The notes: generated by a model from the sequence alone, not told the origin. A DNA stretch of 64,000 bases from Candidatus Poribacteria bacterium (GCA_965198235.1 OZ240248.1:2304001-2368000); one strand, 5' to 3'; positions 9,020 to 20,331 are shown, numbered from the stretch's first letter. Translations and numbers: made by a program.

Positions 9020-10126
9020 ATGGCATCACAAAATGAACTGCAGTCAATGCTAAACGCACCGATTGCCTTAGCACCAAATACCTATCTACATTTTTATAAC
9101 GGTGGAAAGCTCCGCGCCGAGTTTATGGGCGAACCCGATCCAACAGATGACTATTATTCTGAAGAATGGATCTTTTCCACAAACCGAGCAATCACGCCCG
9201 GCAGGGACAATCCGCCTGATAAAGGACTCAGTCGCGTCCAACTCCCAAGCGGTGAGATCGTCCTGCTGAAAGCACTGCTGGACGCATTTCCAGAAGAGAC
9301 ACTCGGTAGCGCACACGTCGACAAATACGGAACAGAATTAGGCGTGCTTCTCAAAATTTTTGATGTCGGCGAAGGCGCGCATATCCCTATCCATTGGCAT
9401 CCAAATCCCGATTTCTCGCAAAAACACCTCAATTCTCCCTTCGGCAAGAACGAGGCATGGATCCTCATCGGTACACGTCCGGGCGCGAAGGCATGGATAG
9501 GCTGGAAGGAAGCGATAGACAAAGCGGAGTTCCGCCGCCTGATGGAAGCACAAGATGTGCCAACGCTACGAAGTCTTATGCACGTTGTTGAACCGAAGGT
9601 CGGGGAAGTCTATTTTTTACGCACTCCGATTGTCCATTCATTGGGTACCGGACTCTGCGTTCTCGAACCACAGGAACCTACCGACTGGAATATCCTCGCT
9701 GAATGGGAAGGCTTTCCGTTTGAAAGAGACGATGGGCACCTCGGACTCGGATGGGATCTCGCTGTAGATGCCGCTGAGTTTGATAAATTGGAGCTGGACT
9801 ATCTTAACAACTACATCCGACGCACGCCAGAACTCGTCCGGGCAGAAGGGGATAACCGAGAAGATCGGATCGTGCCAGAGGAAGCATCGAAATTCTTTGG
9901 ATGCTCGCGTCTAACAGTGAATTCGACACTGAGTATGCCAGCAGACAAAGGGTTTTATGCGCTCGTGACTCTGGGTGGCGAAGGCGTGCTGCGTGGTGAC
10001 TTTGAAGATGTCCCGCTCAAACGCGGCAAATCCGTTTTTATCCCACGATACTTATCCAGTTACGTCATTATTAGCACTGGCGATACACCAATGGAGATCA
10101 TCTGTTGCTATCCGCCAAACCTTTAG
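9020..10126 (+). CDS. Class I mannose-6-phosphate isomerase-like cupin
   Basis: SEEW, LLKIFD...IHWHP, GKNEAW, VHSLG motifs. Confidence 0.8.
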   Translation: MASQNELQSMLNAPIALAPNTYLHFYNGGKLRAEFMGEPDPTDDYYSEEWIFSTNRAITPGRDNPPDKGLSRVQLPSGEIVLLKALLDAFPEETLGSAHVDKYGTELGVLLKIFDVGEGAHIPIHWHPNPDFSQKHLNSPFGKNEAWILIGTRPGAKAWIGWKEAIDKAEFRRLMEAQDVPTLRSLMHVVEPKVGEVYFLRTPIVHSLGTGLCVLEPQEPTDWNILAEWEGFPFERDDGHLGLGWDLAVDAAEFDKLELDYLNNYIRRTPELVRAEGDNREDRIVPEEASKFFGCSRLTVNSTLSMPADKGFYALVTLGGEGVLRGDFEDVPLKRGKSVFIPRYLSSYVIISTGDTPMEIICCYPPNL

Positions 10127-10127
10127 A

Positions 10128-10185
10128 AGTAGTAGGCATACTCTGCATGCTGTAACAAGGGTAGTAACTACGCTCCGTGTACCGT
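10128..10185 (+). repeat. Two copies of a GTAG-type REP-like palindrome (consensus AGTAGTAGGCACRCTCCGTGTGCCGT)
   Basis: Matches copies at 2795-2823 and 63188-63215. Confidence 0.7.
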
Positions 10186-10231
10186 CCCGTAACAAAAACA
10201 AGCACACTATGTGACACAACGGTAGCATGCA

Positions 10232-11449
10232 ATGTTAGATTTTAAACCCCCGAAACCGAATACGGCTCTGATTCAGGTTGCGAAAGGACTTGTACCGCTT
10301 ATCAACCGCTTGTGTTTGAAGGGTCTAACGCTGGATGTTGATGCGGAATCGATTGACCGTCTAAAAACAACGGATGGACATCCTACGGTATTAGCCCCAA
10401 ATCATGCGGCACGTGCGGATCCTGCGGTCATGTTCTTTTTGTCCAAACAGCTCTCTCAGCAGTACTACTACATGACTGCACGCGAGACCTATGGCACAGG
10501 AAAATTCGGTGGCTTACGCGGTTTTCTGATGCAACGATTCGGGGCGTATTCCATCGTGCGTGGCACCGCCGACCGGAATGCATTCCGTACAACGCGGGAG
10601 CTCCTGTCTGAAGGCAACTCGTCCCTTGTTATCTTCGCCGAAGGGGAAATCTCACGGCAGAATGATACCGTCATGCGCTTTGAAAGGGGCATTGTTCAAC
10701 TCTGCTTCTGGGCTCTCGACGATATGGTAAAGGCGAAGGTCGACAAACCGCTTTATATGGTTCCGATCGGGATCAAATACCATTATCCACGGGACATGTG
10801 GGACGACATTGATGCCGCCCTCACGGAATTAGAGCAGAACATTCTCCCACCTGCGGATCGAGAGCCGATTGAACGCTACGAACGATTGCGGCGTATCGGT
10901 GTCGCCATCTTCAAAACGCTTGCGGCTGAATATCAATATAAAGTGGATGAGACCGTGCCGCTCGATATGCACATCCAAAAGCTGAAAGAGCAGATCTTGT
11001 CCCATGCTGAAAAAATCATGGGCATTCACTCTGACGCCGATGTGCTCACGAGGGTGCGTGCGTTGAAAAATTTAGTCGATGCCGAGGTCTATAAAGACAT
11101 TGAGCAGATGACGGAGTACGAACGAAAAATACATGAAGAACTGCTCCAGAAATTCCAACGATTCTATCCCGACCTGGAGCGGTTAATCAATTTTATAGCG
11201 ATTTCAGATGGATATGTCGCAGAAGAACGCTCACCAGAGCGGTTTCTTGAAGTGATTGTTCGTCTGGAGAGAGAAGTCTTTGGTACGTCAAAAATGCGGG
11301 GACCGCGGGTCGCATCCGTCCGTGTTGGTGAACCCAAAAATCTCCGAGAATACTACGATACCTACAAGGCAGAAAAAAGAGAAACGGTGGAGCAGATAAC
11401 CCTTGAACTCGAAACAGCGGTTCAGACCTTAGTCACGGGTGTATCATAG
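10232..11449 (+). CDS. Phospholipid/glycerol acyltransferase (PlsC-like)
   Basis: NHAARAD (HX4D) and FAEGE motifs. Confidence 0.85.
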   Translation: MLDFKPPKPNTALIQVAKGLVPLINRLCLKGLTLDVDAESIDRLKTTDGHPTVLAPNHAARADPAVMFFLSKQLSQQYYYMTARETYGTGKFGGLRGFLMQRFGAYSIVRGTADRNAFRTTRELLSEGNSSLVIFAEGEISRQNDTVMRFERGIVQLCFWALDDMVKAKVDKPLYMVPIGIKYHYPRDMWDDIDAALTELEQNILPPADREPIERYERLRRIGVAIFKTLAAEYQYKVDETVPLDMHIQKLKEQILSHAEKIMGIHSDADVLTRVRALKNLVDAEVYKDIEQMTEYERKIHEELLQKFQRFYPDLERLINFIAISDGYVAEERSPERFLEVIVRLEREVFGTSKMRGPRVASVRVGEPKNLREYYDTYKAEKRETVEQITLELETAVQTLVTGVS

Positions 11450-11663
11450 TTACGCTTTACCTGAGCAACGCGGTAAGTGACCGTAGAGGCACGTTCTCTA
11501 TTGAGCGAAGTCAAGAACACAAAAGAGTGTTGGTAATACGCGTCTTAAAATTAGCCTAAGATGATAGTCTGCAACAACGGCGCAGACGGTAGGTACCAGA
11601 AGAACGGCACCTGCAAAATCATATTATTTAACGCTTTGCGAATTATTAAAAAAGGAGAAAAAC

Positions 11664-12578
11664 ATGGCAAAAAAATTGTCGATTGGAAGTTGGGCTTACG
11701 CGTTTGGCCCCTATGAAGACAATCCTGTTCCATTTGACGATGTCGTCAAGCGTCTCAGCGAGCTTGAATTTGATGGTGTTGAAATCGGGGCGTTTAAACC
11801 GCATATTGACATTAACGATTATCCGATGAAAAGCGACCGAGATGCCGTCAAGGGGTTAATCTCCTATTACGGTTTGGAAGTCTCTGGATTAGCCGCTGAC
11901 TTCTGGTCCCACCCCGGTCCTGCTACGGATGAGGTGCAAGAGGACGATAAATATTATAAACTGTTCAAAGAGAGTCTCCAACTCGCCCTTGATCTCGGAT
12001 CGCCTGCGATACGTGTGGATACCGTTACCGATGCCGAAGAAGATATTCCGGGTGTGAGTCGGGAGCAAGCGTGGGATCGAATTGTCGCTGTCTGGAAACG
12101 CTGTGCGCAAGTCGCCGAGGACCACGGTGTGCTGATGCTCTGGGAATTTGAACCCGGATACATGTTTAACAAGCCGAGTGATATTATTAATATGCCAAAA
12201 GCCGTAGATCACCCGAATTTCAAGGTGATGTTTGATACATGCCACGCCCACATGTGTGCTGTCGTCGGTTCTCGGCAGGTTGGTGAGCAGGAAACACTCG
12301 GTGCGAATGGTGTAATTGACCTCGCACGGCAACTCAAGGGGCAAATCGGACACTTCCACCTCATTGATTCCGACAATACACTCCACGACGATCATACCAG
12401 TACACACGCACCTTTCGGAGATGGTGTTCTGGACTTCGACGCGATTATTCCAGTCATCATGGACGAGACTGGATACGACGGTGATTGGTTCTCTATCGAT
12501 CTCTGTTTCTGGCCCAACGCGTGGGATGTCACGGAAGACGCAAAGAAATTCCTGACCCCATATTTGGAAAGGTATTAA
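11664..12578 (+). CDS. Sugar phosphate isomerase/epimerase (AP endonuclease 2 TIM barrel)
   Basis: FDGVEI, WEFEPG, FDTCH, HFHLID motifs; AGGAG RBS. Confidence 0.85.
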   Translation: MAKKLSIGSWAYAFGPYEDNPVPFDDVVKRLSELEFDGVEIGAFKPHIDINDYPMKSDRDAVKGLISYYGLEVSGLAADFWSHPGPATDEVQEDDKYYKLFKESLQLALDLGSPAIRVDTVTDAEEDIPGVSREQAWDRIVAVWKRCAQVAEDHGVLMLWEFEPGYMFNKPSDIINMPKAVDHPNFKVMFDTCHAHMCAVVGSRQVGEQETLGANGVIDLARQLKGQIGHFHLIDSDNTLHDDHTSTHAPFGDGVLDFDAIIPVIMDETGYDGDWFSIDLCFWPNAWDVTEDAKKFLTPYLERY

Positions 12579-12581
12579 GGC

Positions 12582-12802
12582 TTTTCATTTATGGGCACCT
12601 GGCGTGCGTTCCATTACATTACGCGCAGGTTCTTGGTGAAGTTGTAACGTCTTGTCGTATAATCTGCGTAGGGGCGAGGTCCCCTCGCCCTATATGCAGG
12701 TTTAACGAAACCATAGACCGTAAGCGTAGCGGAGGGCGGATCTACGGAAAGGATCGTTAGTCGTGCAACTCACCTGACCGAACCGTAAGGTATAATTAAA
12801 AA
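12582..12802. repeat. Composite MITE-like intergenic element with subterminal conserved-loop hairpins and an internal GTAG REP (12668-12692)
   Basis: Left end matches 22107 and 51054; right end matches 1425-1510 (reverse complement) and 51199-51283; abuts the nadC ATG. Confidence 0.7.
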
Positions 12803-13648
12803 ATGCTCAATCTGCGTTCATTAGATCCCCTAATTGACTTGGCGTTTGAAGAAGATATCGGTATCGGTGATATAACAACAGAAGCAACAGTGCCACCCGT
12901 ACAGGAGGGTATAGGAACCCTGCTTGCTAAGAGTGACGGTATTGTCGCAGGACTGCCGGTCGCCGAACGAGTCTTCGCGAAATTAGATGAAACATTATCG
13001 TTTCGCGCGCTTCTCACTGATGGGGACGCAGTGAAGGCGGGTACGCCGATTGCCGAAGTACAAGGGAGTGCCAAAACCATTCTGATCGGTGAACGGACTG
13101 CTCTGAATTTCCTGCAACGGCTTTCCGGTATAGCGACACTCACAGCGCAATTTGTTGCGGCAGTTGCCGACTATGATACCAAAATAGTAGATACTCGGAA
13201 AACCGCGGCGGGATGGCGGGCGGTTCAGAAATATGCCGTGCATGTCGGTGGCGCGCAAAATCATCGCTTTGGGCTTTACGACGGTGTATTGATTAAGGAT
13301 AACCACATTGTCGCCGCTGGGGGTATTGGTAACGCTGTGCGGCGTGCACGACAGGTTGTTCCACATACTGCCAAGATTGAGGTTGAAGTTGAAACCCTCG
13401 ATCAAGTTGACGAAGCACTGAAAGCAGGGGCGGACATCTTACTCCTTGATAACATGTCTCCCAACATTATGAAAAGTATTGTGCATGAAGTGGGAGATCT
13501 CGCAGTGACAGAAGCGTCCGGTGGGATTACACTTGACAAGGTGAAAACCGTGGCAGCAACCGGTGTAGATCTCATCTCTGTCGGGGCATTGACACACTCA
13601 GCGATGCCGATGGATATTAGTCTGACGCTGACGCTTCTCGCTGAATAG
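12803..13648 (+). CDS. nadC: Nicotinate-nucleotide diphosphorylase (carboxylating)
   Basis: EDIGIGDITT, ERTALNFLQRLSGIAT, DTRKT, HRFGLYD, LIKDNH, LLDNM, EASGG. Confidence 0.97.
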   Translation: MLNLRSLDPLIDLAFEEDIGIGDITTEATVPPVQEGIGTLLAKSDGIVAGLPVAERVFAKLDETLSFRALLTDGDAVKAGTPIAEVQGSAKTILIGERTALNFLQRLSGIATLTAQFVAAVADYDTKIVDTRKTAAGWRAVQKYAVHVGGAQNHRFGLYDGVLIKDNHIVAAGGIGNAVRRARQVVPHTAKIEVEVETLDQVDEALKAGADILLLDNMSPNIMKSIVHEVGDLAVTEASGGITLDKVKTVAATGVDLISVGALTHSAMPMDISLTLTLLAE

Positions 13649-13762
13649 GGAATTTTCTAACCATGGGACTCTGGGCACCATTCCACATTTTGTAAAGGCA
13701 CGAGTTGATGATCAAAACGGAAAGATCGGCGCGAAAACTCAATCAGAAAAAGAAGGAGAATT

Positions 13763-14683
13763 ATGGAAACCACCACTTATGAGAAAATTGAACCTACAAC
13801 AACGAAACTGGGTTGGATTGGTACCGGCGTAATGGGACGGTGGATGTGTCAACATCTGATGGACCTGGGATATGGGATGGCGGTCTATAATCGAACGAAA
13901 TCAAAGGCTGACCCGTTACTGGAAGCAGGTGCGGCATGGACAGATTCGCCGAGCGAAGTTGCAACCACCTCCGATATTATCTTCACGATAGTTGGGTTTC
14001 CACCCGATGTCCGCGAAGTCTACCTCGGGGACAGCGGTATCTTAAAGGGAGCGAAACCTGGAAGCATCATCGTTGACATGACGACGACAGAACCCTCTCT
14101 CTCGCAAGAAATCTATGCTGCGGCGCAGACACAAGATGTCTCATCAATCGACGCACCTGTTTCAGGTGGTGATGTTGGTGCGCGAGAGGCACGCCTTTCC
14201 ATCATGGTAGGAGGCGACGAGGCTGCTGTCCAAGCCGTTATGCCCCTCTTCTCGGCGATGGGGAAAAACATCGTCCATCAAGGTGGCGCGGGTGCTGGGC
14301 AACACACCAAAATGTGCAATCAGATCACGATTTCGGGTACAATGATCGGGGTCTGCGAAGGGTTAATCTACGGCTACAGAGCTGGATTGGATTTGGAGAC
14401 GATGCTGTCATCGATTAGTGGTGGTGCAGCTGCGTGCTGGTCTCTGGACAATTTAGCACCACGGCTCCTCCAGCGTAACTTCGATCCCGGCTTCTTTGTG
14501 GAGCATTTTATCAAAGATATGAGCATCGCTTTAGACGAGGCACGCAAGATGCACCTAAGTCTGCCCGGACTCGCGTTGGTGCATCAGCTTTACACGGCAG
14601 TGCAAGCACAGGGCCATGGTAGATTAGGCACCCAAGCCTTGATGCTGGCATTGGAGCAGATGTCTGGTGTGGAAGTCAATTAA
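13763..14683 (+). CDS. NAD(P)-dependent 3-hydroxyisobutyrate / 2-hydroxy-3-oxopropionate dehydrogenase family
   Basis: [29 protein letters not shown]. Confidence 0.92.
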   Translation: METTTYEKIEPTTTKLGWIGTGVMGRWMCQHLMDLGYGMAVYNRTKSKADPLLEAGAAWTDSPSEVATTSDIIFTIVGFPPDVREVYLGDSGILKGAKPGSIIVDMTTTEPSLSQEIYAAAQTQDVSSIDAPVSGGDVGAREARLSIMVGGDEAAVQAVMPLFSAMGKNIVHQGGAGAGQHTKMCNQITISGTMIGVCEGLIYGYRAGLDLETMLSSISGGAAACWSLDNLAPRLLQRNFDPGFFVEHFIKDMSIALDEARKMHLSLPGLALVHQLYTAVQAQGHGRLGTQALMLALEQMSGVEVN

Positions 14684-14708
14684 AGGTTAGTTCGTTGTGA
14701 TAATGCCC

Positions 14709-14739
14709 TCGCTGGTGTGGTCTGAAACCGCACCAGCGA
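14709..14739. repeat. Palindromic repeat, possible bidirectional terminator between convergent genes
   Basis: tcgctggtgtggt-ctgaa-accgcaccagcga; relatives at 43690, 48347, 60517 and 61568. Confidence 0.7.
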
Positions 14740-14772
14740 ATCGCAGGTATAGTGGAGCAACTGACAATCCTC

Positions 14773-15885
14773 TTATGCTGAAGCAGGGTCCAAGCGCATG
14801 GGCATTATCAGGGAGATATAGTCATCGTCGCCTACCGGTTTAATAAGAACAGCGTTCAACTCTCCTGAAAATTCCAGTGATAGCGACTCCGTTTTAATGT
14901 GAGACAATGCCTCTATCAATAACCGAGCGTCGAAACCAATCCGCACACTTCCAGTGCTGGACTCTACAGGTAGCGTCTCGTGTGCTTCTCCCAATTCCGG
15001 GGTCTTTGCAGAGACTTGGACTTGTTCTAAATCGATCTCTAAACAGATCGAATAGTTTTTCGGATTCGACAGCAGGGCGACCCGTCGCGTCGCACTTAAG
15101 ATTCCTTCTTTTGAAACAACTGTTCTGCCTTCGGTCGATTCGGGAATGATTTTCTCGTATTTCGGATAATCACCCTCCACAAGTCGCGTCGTTAAGGTAG
15201 CGTTGCCATCGGTAAAGAGGATTTGGTTTTCAAAAACTGAAACGCTTACCTCACCAGCATCGGCGAAGGTTCTCGCAATCTCGCGAACGGCTTTCAACGG
15301 AACGATGAATCCATTGACTTCTCCCAGCGAGGTGAGCGGCTCGCAGCGTGCCAAAGCAAGACGTTTTCCATCCGTAGCAACTACCTCAGTCCCGTGCTCA
15401 AGAAAATTGAAATAGAGCCCATTTAGAAAGTAACGAACTTCTTCTGTAGATGCGGCAAACTCTGTTTTTTGAAGGACATCGCGCAATGTCTCTCCGCCAA
15501 TTTTCAATGCTTCCCCTTGAACTGAGGGGAGTTGTGGGAATTCTTCATCGGGCAGTCCGATGATTTTGTAGACACCATCCCCACAGGTAATCTCAACGCG
15601 GTCGTTTGCTGTCGTTGCTAAGTGTATCGGTTTATCCGCAGGTAACTCCTTGACAATATCCCCTAATTTCTTAGCGGAAACAGTGATTGCCCCCTCCTCT
15701 GTGATTGTACCTTCAACCGTCATTCTAATGCCGACTTCCAGATCCGTTGCCATGCACTCAATGGTGCCCCCGGTGGCATTGATGAGAACATTTGAGAGAA
15801 TTGGTAAGGTAGTGCGTCCACTTGCGACCCCTTGCAGTACTTGTAAGGAGTCCAAGAGATCGTTCCTTTCAAAAGTTAATTCCAT
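14773..15885 (-). CDS. dnaN: DNA polymerase III beta sliding clamp
   Basis: LPILSNVL, ATDLEVGI, RYFLNG, VATDGKRLA, LIMPMR. Confidence 0.97.
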   Translation of the reverse strand: MELTFERNDLLDSLQVLQGVASGRTTLPILSNVLINATGGTIECMATDLEVGIRMTVEGTITEEGAITVSAKKLGDIVKELPADKPIHLATTANDRVEITCGDGVYKIIGLPDEEFPQLPSVQGEALKIGGETLRDVLQKTEFAASTEEVRYFLNGLYFNFLEHGTEVVATDGKRLALARCEPLTSLGEVNGFIVPLKAVREIARTFADAGEVSVSVFENQILFTDGNATLTTRLVEGDYPKYEKIIPESTEGRTVVSKEGILSATRRVALLSNPKNYSICLEIDLEQVQVSAKTPELGEAHETLPVESSTGSVRIGFDARLLIEALSHIKTESLSLEFSGELNAVLIKPVGDDDYISLIMPMRLDPASA

Positions 15886-16376
15886 TCTAAGATCCCCTTC
15901 CTAAGTTGTGGCATGAAAAACACATGTAAAAATCAATAGTTTTCTTTAGTTATACTGTAGATGTCGTCCCCGTTTAAAATTTGGGGATAATCCGAGCCCT
16001 AATTTTTTGTTTATATTAAATAGAATTGTGATGGCATCAATAGTGAAACAGGGACATATCATTGTGAGAAAGCGAACCTGTCTCACGAATATTACAAAGG
16101 GCATTCTCGGAATTTGGTTTGGAAGAAAAACCTTGACAAACTCCTATATTCAGTATAACATATTTAGCGAATATTACAAAGGAAAATTTTGATTAAACAC
16201 GGGCTCGCACTTTGCGTTTTTCGATAGAGCCGATGCACTCTACAATGCCCTGTCTACTCTACAACTCAAGTTCTCCTAACCAAGATATATATTAGAGCGA
16301 TTTAGTTTCCGGGTGTCACGGTCGAGAGATCGAGGCGAGAAGAAAATGAAATCGCTACCGTTCTTCTCCTGAGAAT

Positions 16377-18308
16377 ATGCATACTACAGACCCGCATGCC
16401 TCGCAGACAATCGCGAAACGGGCAGTGCTGATTGGTACTGTCTTGATTATCGCTAATAGTTACTGGATAGCCTATGTCGAAATGATTTGGCATACCGCGC
16501 ATCTGACAACAGTCGCGATGTCGGTCAATGTCATGTTCGGTATTATAGCGATGACATTTCTGAACATAATCGTGCGGCGTATCTTTCCACGTGTCGCCCT
16601 ACAGCCGCGGGATCTACTTGTAGTTTTTAGTATGCTCGCTGTGGGCAGTGCTTTTTCAGGACATGATTGTATCCCACGTTTAATGGGACTCATCCCGTAC
16701 GCATTTCGCTTCGCTACACCCGAAAATGATTGGGAGGCACTGCTCTTTCATTACCTTCCCGAATGGCTTGTGGTGAAAGACCCGAAAGCAGTCAACGATT
16801 TCTATGAGGGCGAGGTCAACTTTTTTACAGAAGGTTATGTTCAGCATTGGATCGTGCCGATTCTCTCTTGGTCGGTGGTTATTTTCCTGTTAATGCTAAT
16901 CTTTTTATGTTTGACCTCCATCATTCGCAAGCAGTGGATAGAAAATGAGAAACTCGCGTATCCGATTATTCAGATTCCGCTTGAGATTACCACCAACCGG
17001 CGTATCTTCACAAATCGCTTGCTCTGGCTCGGTTTCGGAATAGCCATGGGCATCAATCTACTTAATGGGTTGCAGTTCTTCTATCCTGTTCTCCCACAGT
17101 TTCCTGTTCGGAAATACGACCTTAACATCTACTTCACGCAGAAACCGTGGATTGCAATGGGCAGCACGCCTCTCAGGTTTCATCCATACATAATTGGCTT
17201 CTCGTTTATTTTACCTTTGGATTTAGCGTTTTCATGTACCTTCTTCTACTTGCTGAAGAAAGTACAGTTGCTATTTGGAAGTGCCGTGGGCATTTCAGCA
17301 TTGCCGGGCTATCCGTTTTTGGGCGAACAAGGTGCCGGAGCATTGCTCGCTCTGCTTGCGATTGCCTGTTGGCATGGGCGAAAACATTTTGCGTTTGTGT
17401 TGTCACAGGTAATCCGACCCGATCGCACTACCTCACGAACAGAGGCAATCTCGCATCGCAGTGCCGTCGTTATATTAGGTATATGTCTGCTTTTATTAGC
17501 AGTTTTCTGTGTTCGTAGTGGAATGACGCTATGGGCGTTTGCGATTTTTATCGGTGTCTATCTAATGATTGTGCTCGGTTTAACCCGAATGCGTGCGGAA
17601 TTAGGTCCGCCGATCCATGCTATTGGTTATCTAACACCACAATATATGATAATTTCACTGCTTGGTACGCGACGTTTGCGGGCGGGCAACTTAACAATGC
17701 TCTCGTTGATGAATTGGTTGAGCGGGGCAAGTTATGCTTCTTTCCGTACGCATCCAATGCCAGATCAACTTGAGGCGTTTAAACTTGCTGAGCGGACCGG
17801 CATCCGAAATCGAACGATGTTTACAGTGTTAGTCATCGCGAGTCTTGTCGGTATCTTATCAAGTCTGATTCTCTATCCGTATGCGATTTACAGTGAGGGA
17901 GTAGCTGCAGGTTCGGAGCAGATTCATGCGGGTGGCGCGGATACATATAATTTTCTTTCTTCGTGGTTAGTGAGTCCGAAGCCGACGGATTGGCTCGCGA
18001 CCTCGGTGCTCGGATTAGCCTTCGTTGCGAATTTGGGTATCATCTTTTTGCGTTCACGTTTTGTATGGTGTCCGTTGCATCCAGCGGGGTATGTTATCGG
18101 TGTTGCTCCCGGGACAACGGATGTCATCTGGTTTCCGCTGTTTCTGGCGATGGTAGCAAAGTGGGTTATCTTGCGGCACGGTGGTATCAACGCATATCGA
18201 AAAGCGATACCGTTCTTCATCGGGTTGGTGTTGGGTGAAGCGTTGATGGGATGTTTTTGGCCCCTGTTAAGCCTTGTGTTGAGGTCAGCAGTGTATAGTT
18301 GGATATAA
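16377..18308 (+). CDS. Multi-pass membrane protein, DUF6785/DUF6784-like (OPT-related putative transporter)
   Basis: Many TM helices; RKQWIENEKLAYPI, PLHPAGY and PFFIGLVLGE motifs. Confidence 0.7.
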   Translation: MHTTDPHASQTIAKRAVLIGTVLIIANSYWIAYVEMIWHTAHLTTVAMSVNVMFGIIAMTFLNIIVRRIFPRVALQPRDLLVVFSMLAVGSAFSGHDCIPRLMGLIPYAFRFATPENDWEALLFHYLPEWLVVKDPKAVNDFYEGEVNFFTEGYVQHWIVPILSWSVVIFLLMLIFLCLTSIIRKQWIENEKLAYPIIQIPLEITTNRRIFTNRLLWLGFGIAMGINLLNGLQFFYPVLPQFPVRKYDLNIYFTQKPWIAMGSTPLRFHPYIIGFSFILPLDLAFSCTFFYLLKKVQLLFGSAVGISALPGYPFLGEQGAGALLALLAIACWHGRKHFAFVLSQVIRPDRTTSRTEAISHRSAVVILGICLLLLAVFCVRSGMTLWAFAIFIGVYLMIVLGLTRMRAELGPPIHAIGYLTPQYMIISLLGTRRLRAGNLTMLSLMNWLSGASYASFRTHPMPDQLEAFKLAERTGIRNRTMFTVLVIASLVGILSSLILYPYAIYSEGVAAGSEQIHAGGADTYNFLSSWLVSPKPTDWLATSVLGLAFVANLGIIFLRSRFVWCPLHPAGYVIGVAPGTTDVIWFPLFLAMVAKWVILRHGGINAYRKAIPFFIGLVLGEALMGCFWPLLSLVLRSAVYSWI

Positions 18309-18352
18309 TTTTGCCTTGCCTGAATTAGTCCGATTTTTAATATCAATTTTCC

Positions 18353-18381
18353 TTGACATTCGGCAAATTCTATGTTATTAT
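18353..18381 (+). promoter_or_regulatory. Sigma70-like promoter for the Gld-type ABC operon
   Basis: TTGACA-17-TATTAT with an extended TG. Confidence 0.65.
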
Positions 18382-18458
18382 TTTAATATACAATCCTATT
18401 CTTTGAGGCACATCGGGAGACACCTCCTCTCGTTGACTGCCCGCTATTTTTCAACAAT

Positions 18459-19397
18459 ATGATCGAAGTCAAAGAACTCACAAAATCTTACGGTACGACG
18501 GTTGCTGTCGACCAAGTTTCGTTTGACGCACATGCTGGCGAGGTGTTAGGCTTCCTTGGTCCGAACGGTGCAGGAAAGACTACCACGATGCGTATTCTCA
18601 CCTGCTATCTTTCTGCTGATGCAGGGAGCGCCACCGTTGCGGGGTATGATGTATTTGAAGAATCCTTTGAAGTTAGGAAACAAATTGGCTATCTACCTGA
18701 AAGTGCTCCACTTTATGCCGACATGGGAGTCATTGAATACCTCAACTTTATGACGCAGGTGCGGAACCTCCCAAAAAACCAACGGAAAGAGCGGATTCGA
18801 GCGGTTATCGACATCTGTGGGCTTGAGGACGTTATCCAAAAAGACATCGGTGAACTCTCAAAAGGCTATCGTCAGCGTGTCGGTTTGGCACAAAGCCTCA
18901 TCCATGATCCGCCTATCCTGATTTTAGACGAACCTACCTCCGGGTTAGATCCGAGCCAAATCATCGAGATCCGTAACCTAATCAAAAACATCGGGCAGGA
19001 GAAACTGGTACTCTTCAGCACGCATATTTTGCCTGAGGTCTCTGCTACCTGCAGCCGAATCCTAATTATCAACAACGGGAAGATTGTCGCAAACGGAACG
19101 CCGGAGGAACTTGCGAGTCAGGAGAAGGGCGAAGAAATTGTCCACATCGCCATCCGAGGTTCACAAGATGCAATTGAGGCACAATTCAACGAATTAGATT
19201 TTGTCTCGCAGTGGAATCGTGTTGACACGGACAACGGTATCGTGGGCTATCAGATACACGCTGCTCAAGGTAGTGATGCTGCGGAAGCACTTTTTCACGT
19301 CGTTGTGAAAAACGGGTGGAGCCTCACAGAACTCCGTCAAGAATCCGTGGACTTAGAGGATGTCTTCCTTAATTTGACAGACAGAGAACAAGTATAA
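18459..19397 (+). CDS. ABC transporter ATP-binding protein (GldA-like)
   Basis: GPNGAGKTT, LSKGYRQR, ILDEPTSGLD. Confidence 0.93.
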   Translation: MIEVKELTKSYGTTVAVDQVSFDAHAGEVLGFLGPNGAGKTTTMRILTCYLSADAGSATVAGYDVFEESFEVRKQIGYLPESAPLYADMGVIEYLNFMTQVRNLPKNQRKERIRAVIDICGLEDVIQKDIGELSKGYRQRVGLAQSLIHDPPILILDEPTSGLDPSQIIEIRNLIKNIGQEKLVLFSTHILPEVSATCSRILIINNGKIVANGTPEELASQEKGEEIVHIAIRGSQDAIEAQFNELDFVSQWNRVDTDNGIVGYQIHAAQGSDAAEALFHVVVKNGWSLTELRQESVDLEDVFLNLTDREQV

Positions 19398-19614
19398 TAG
19401 TAGTGAGGCTTTTTGAATGTAAAAAGGGAAACCGCTTGTGGGTTCTCAAAAAGGCTTTGAATTACCCCGGTTTCCATACTCGTTGACAGTTGTAGGATCC
19501 CTTTGAAACCGAGTCCGGTTTTCGTACCCGCTAACAATTCAATACTGACCTAGACCAAGACCGATGGTATGCCCAACGGGCAAATCGTCGTGGAGTCCCA
19601 TAGTTATAAAGATC

Positions 19615-20331
19615 ATGACGAACATTACAACTATCCTCAAAAAGGAATTTAGAAGTTATTTCAATTCGCCCATCGCGTATATTTTCATCACATTCTTCCT
19701 CGGTATCTCCGCATGGCTCTTCTTCCGCGGTTTTTTTCTGGTTAACCAAGCTGAAATGCGCGGTTTTTTTGGGTTGATGCCGTGGATTTTCCTGTTTTTT
19801 ATTCCCGCTGTTACGATGAAGCTCTGGGCTGAAGAAAAAAAACTCGGCACAGTAGAAATCCTGATGACGCTACCTATTCGGGATTATGAAGTCGTCATCG
19901 GGAAATTCTTAGCAAGCTTTGCCCTTCTTACTGTAACAGTGCTACTCTCACTCGTTCTTCCGCTTTCAGTCATGTACCTGGGGAATCCGGATGGTGGGAC
20001 ACTCATCGGAGGATACATTGGACTCCTGTTGATGGGCGGGGCATATTTATCAGTCGGACTTTTCGCTTCGACGCTGACCGAAAATCAGATTATTGCCTTT
20101 ATTTTTGGGATCACTGCCTGTTTTGTGCTGCTTATCATCGGTGAGGATATTGTGCTTTTCAATGCACCGAATTGGTTGTTCCCGATTTTCAGTTATCTGG
20201 GTCTTGGGGCACATTATAGTAGTATTCTTCGAGGTGTCCTTGATTCCCGCGATATTATCTATTATTTGTCGCTAATCGGTTTTTTTCTCTATCTAAGCAC
20301 ATTGTCGGTTGAAAGCCGCAAATGGCGTTAA
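19615..20331 (+). CDS. ABC-2 permease (GldF-like)
   Basis: KEFRSYFNSPIAY, EEKKLGTVEIL, TENQIIAF; start at ATG 19615. Confidence 0.9.
   Translation: MTNITTILKKEFRSYFNSPIAYIFITFFLGISAWLFFRGFFLVNQAEMRGFFGLMPWIFLFFIPAVTMKLWAEEKKLGTVEILMTLPIRDYEVVIGKFLASFALLTVTVLLSLVLPLSVMYLGNPDGGTLIGGYIGLLLMGGAYLSVGLFASTLTENQIIAFIFGITACFVLLIIGEDIVLFNAPNWLFPIFSYLGLGAHYSSILRGVLDSRDIIYYLSLIGFFLYLSTLSVESRKWR

Noticed and set aside
15886-16376. oriC upstream of dnaN
   Set aside because: I found only one near-match DnaA box (TTATCCCCA on the minus strand near 15982) and there is no dnaA.
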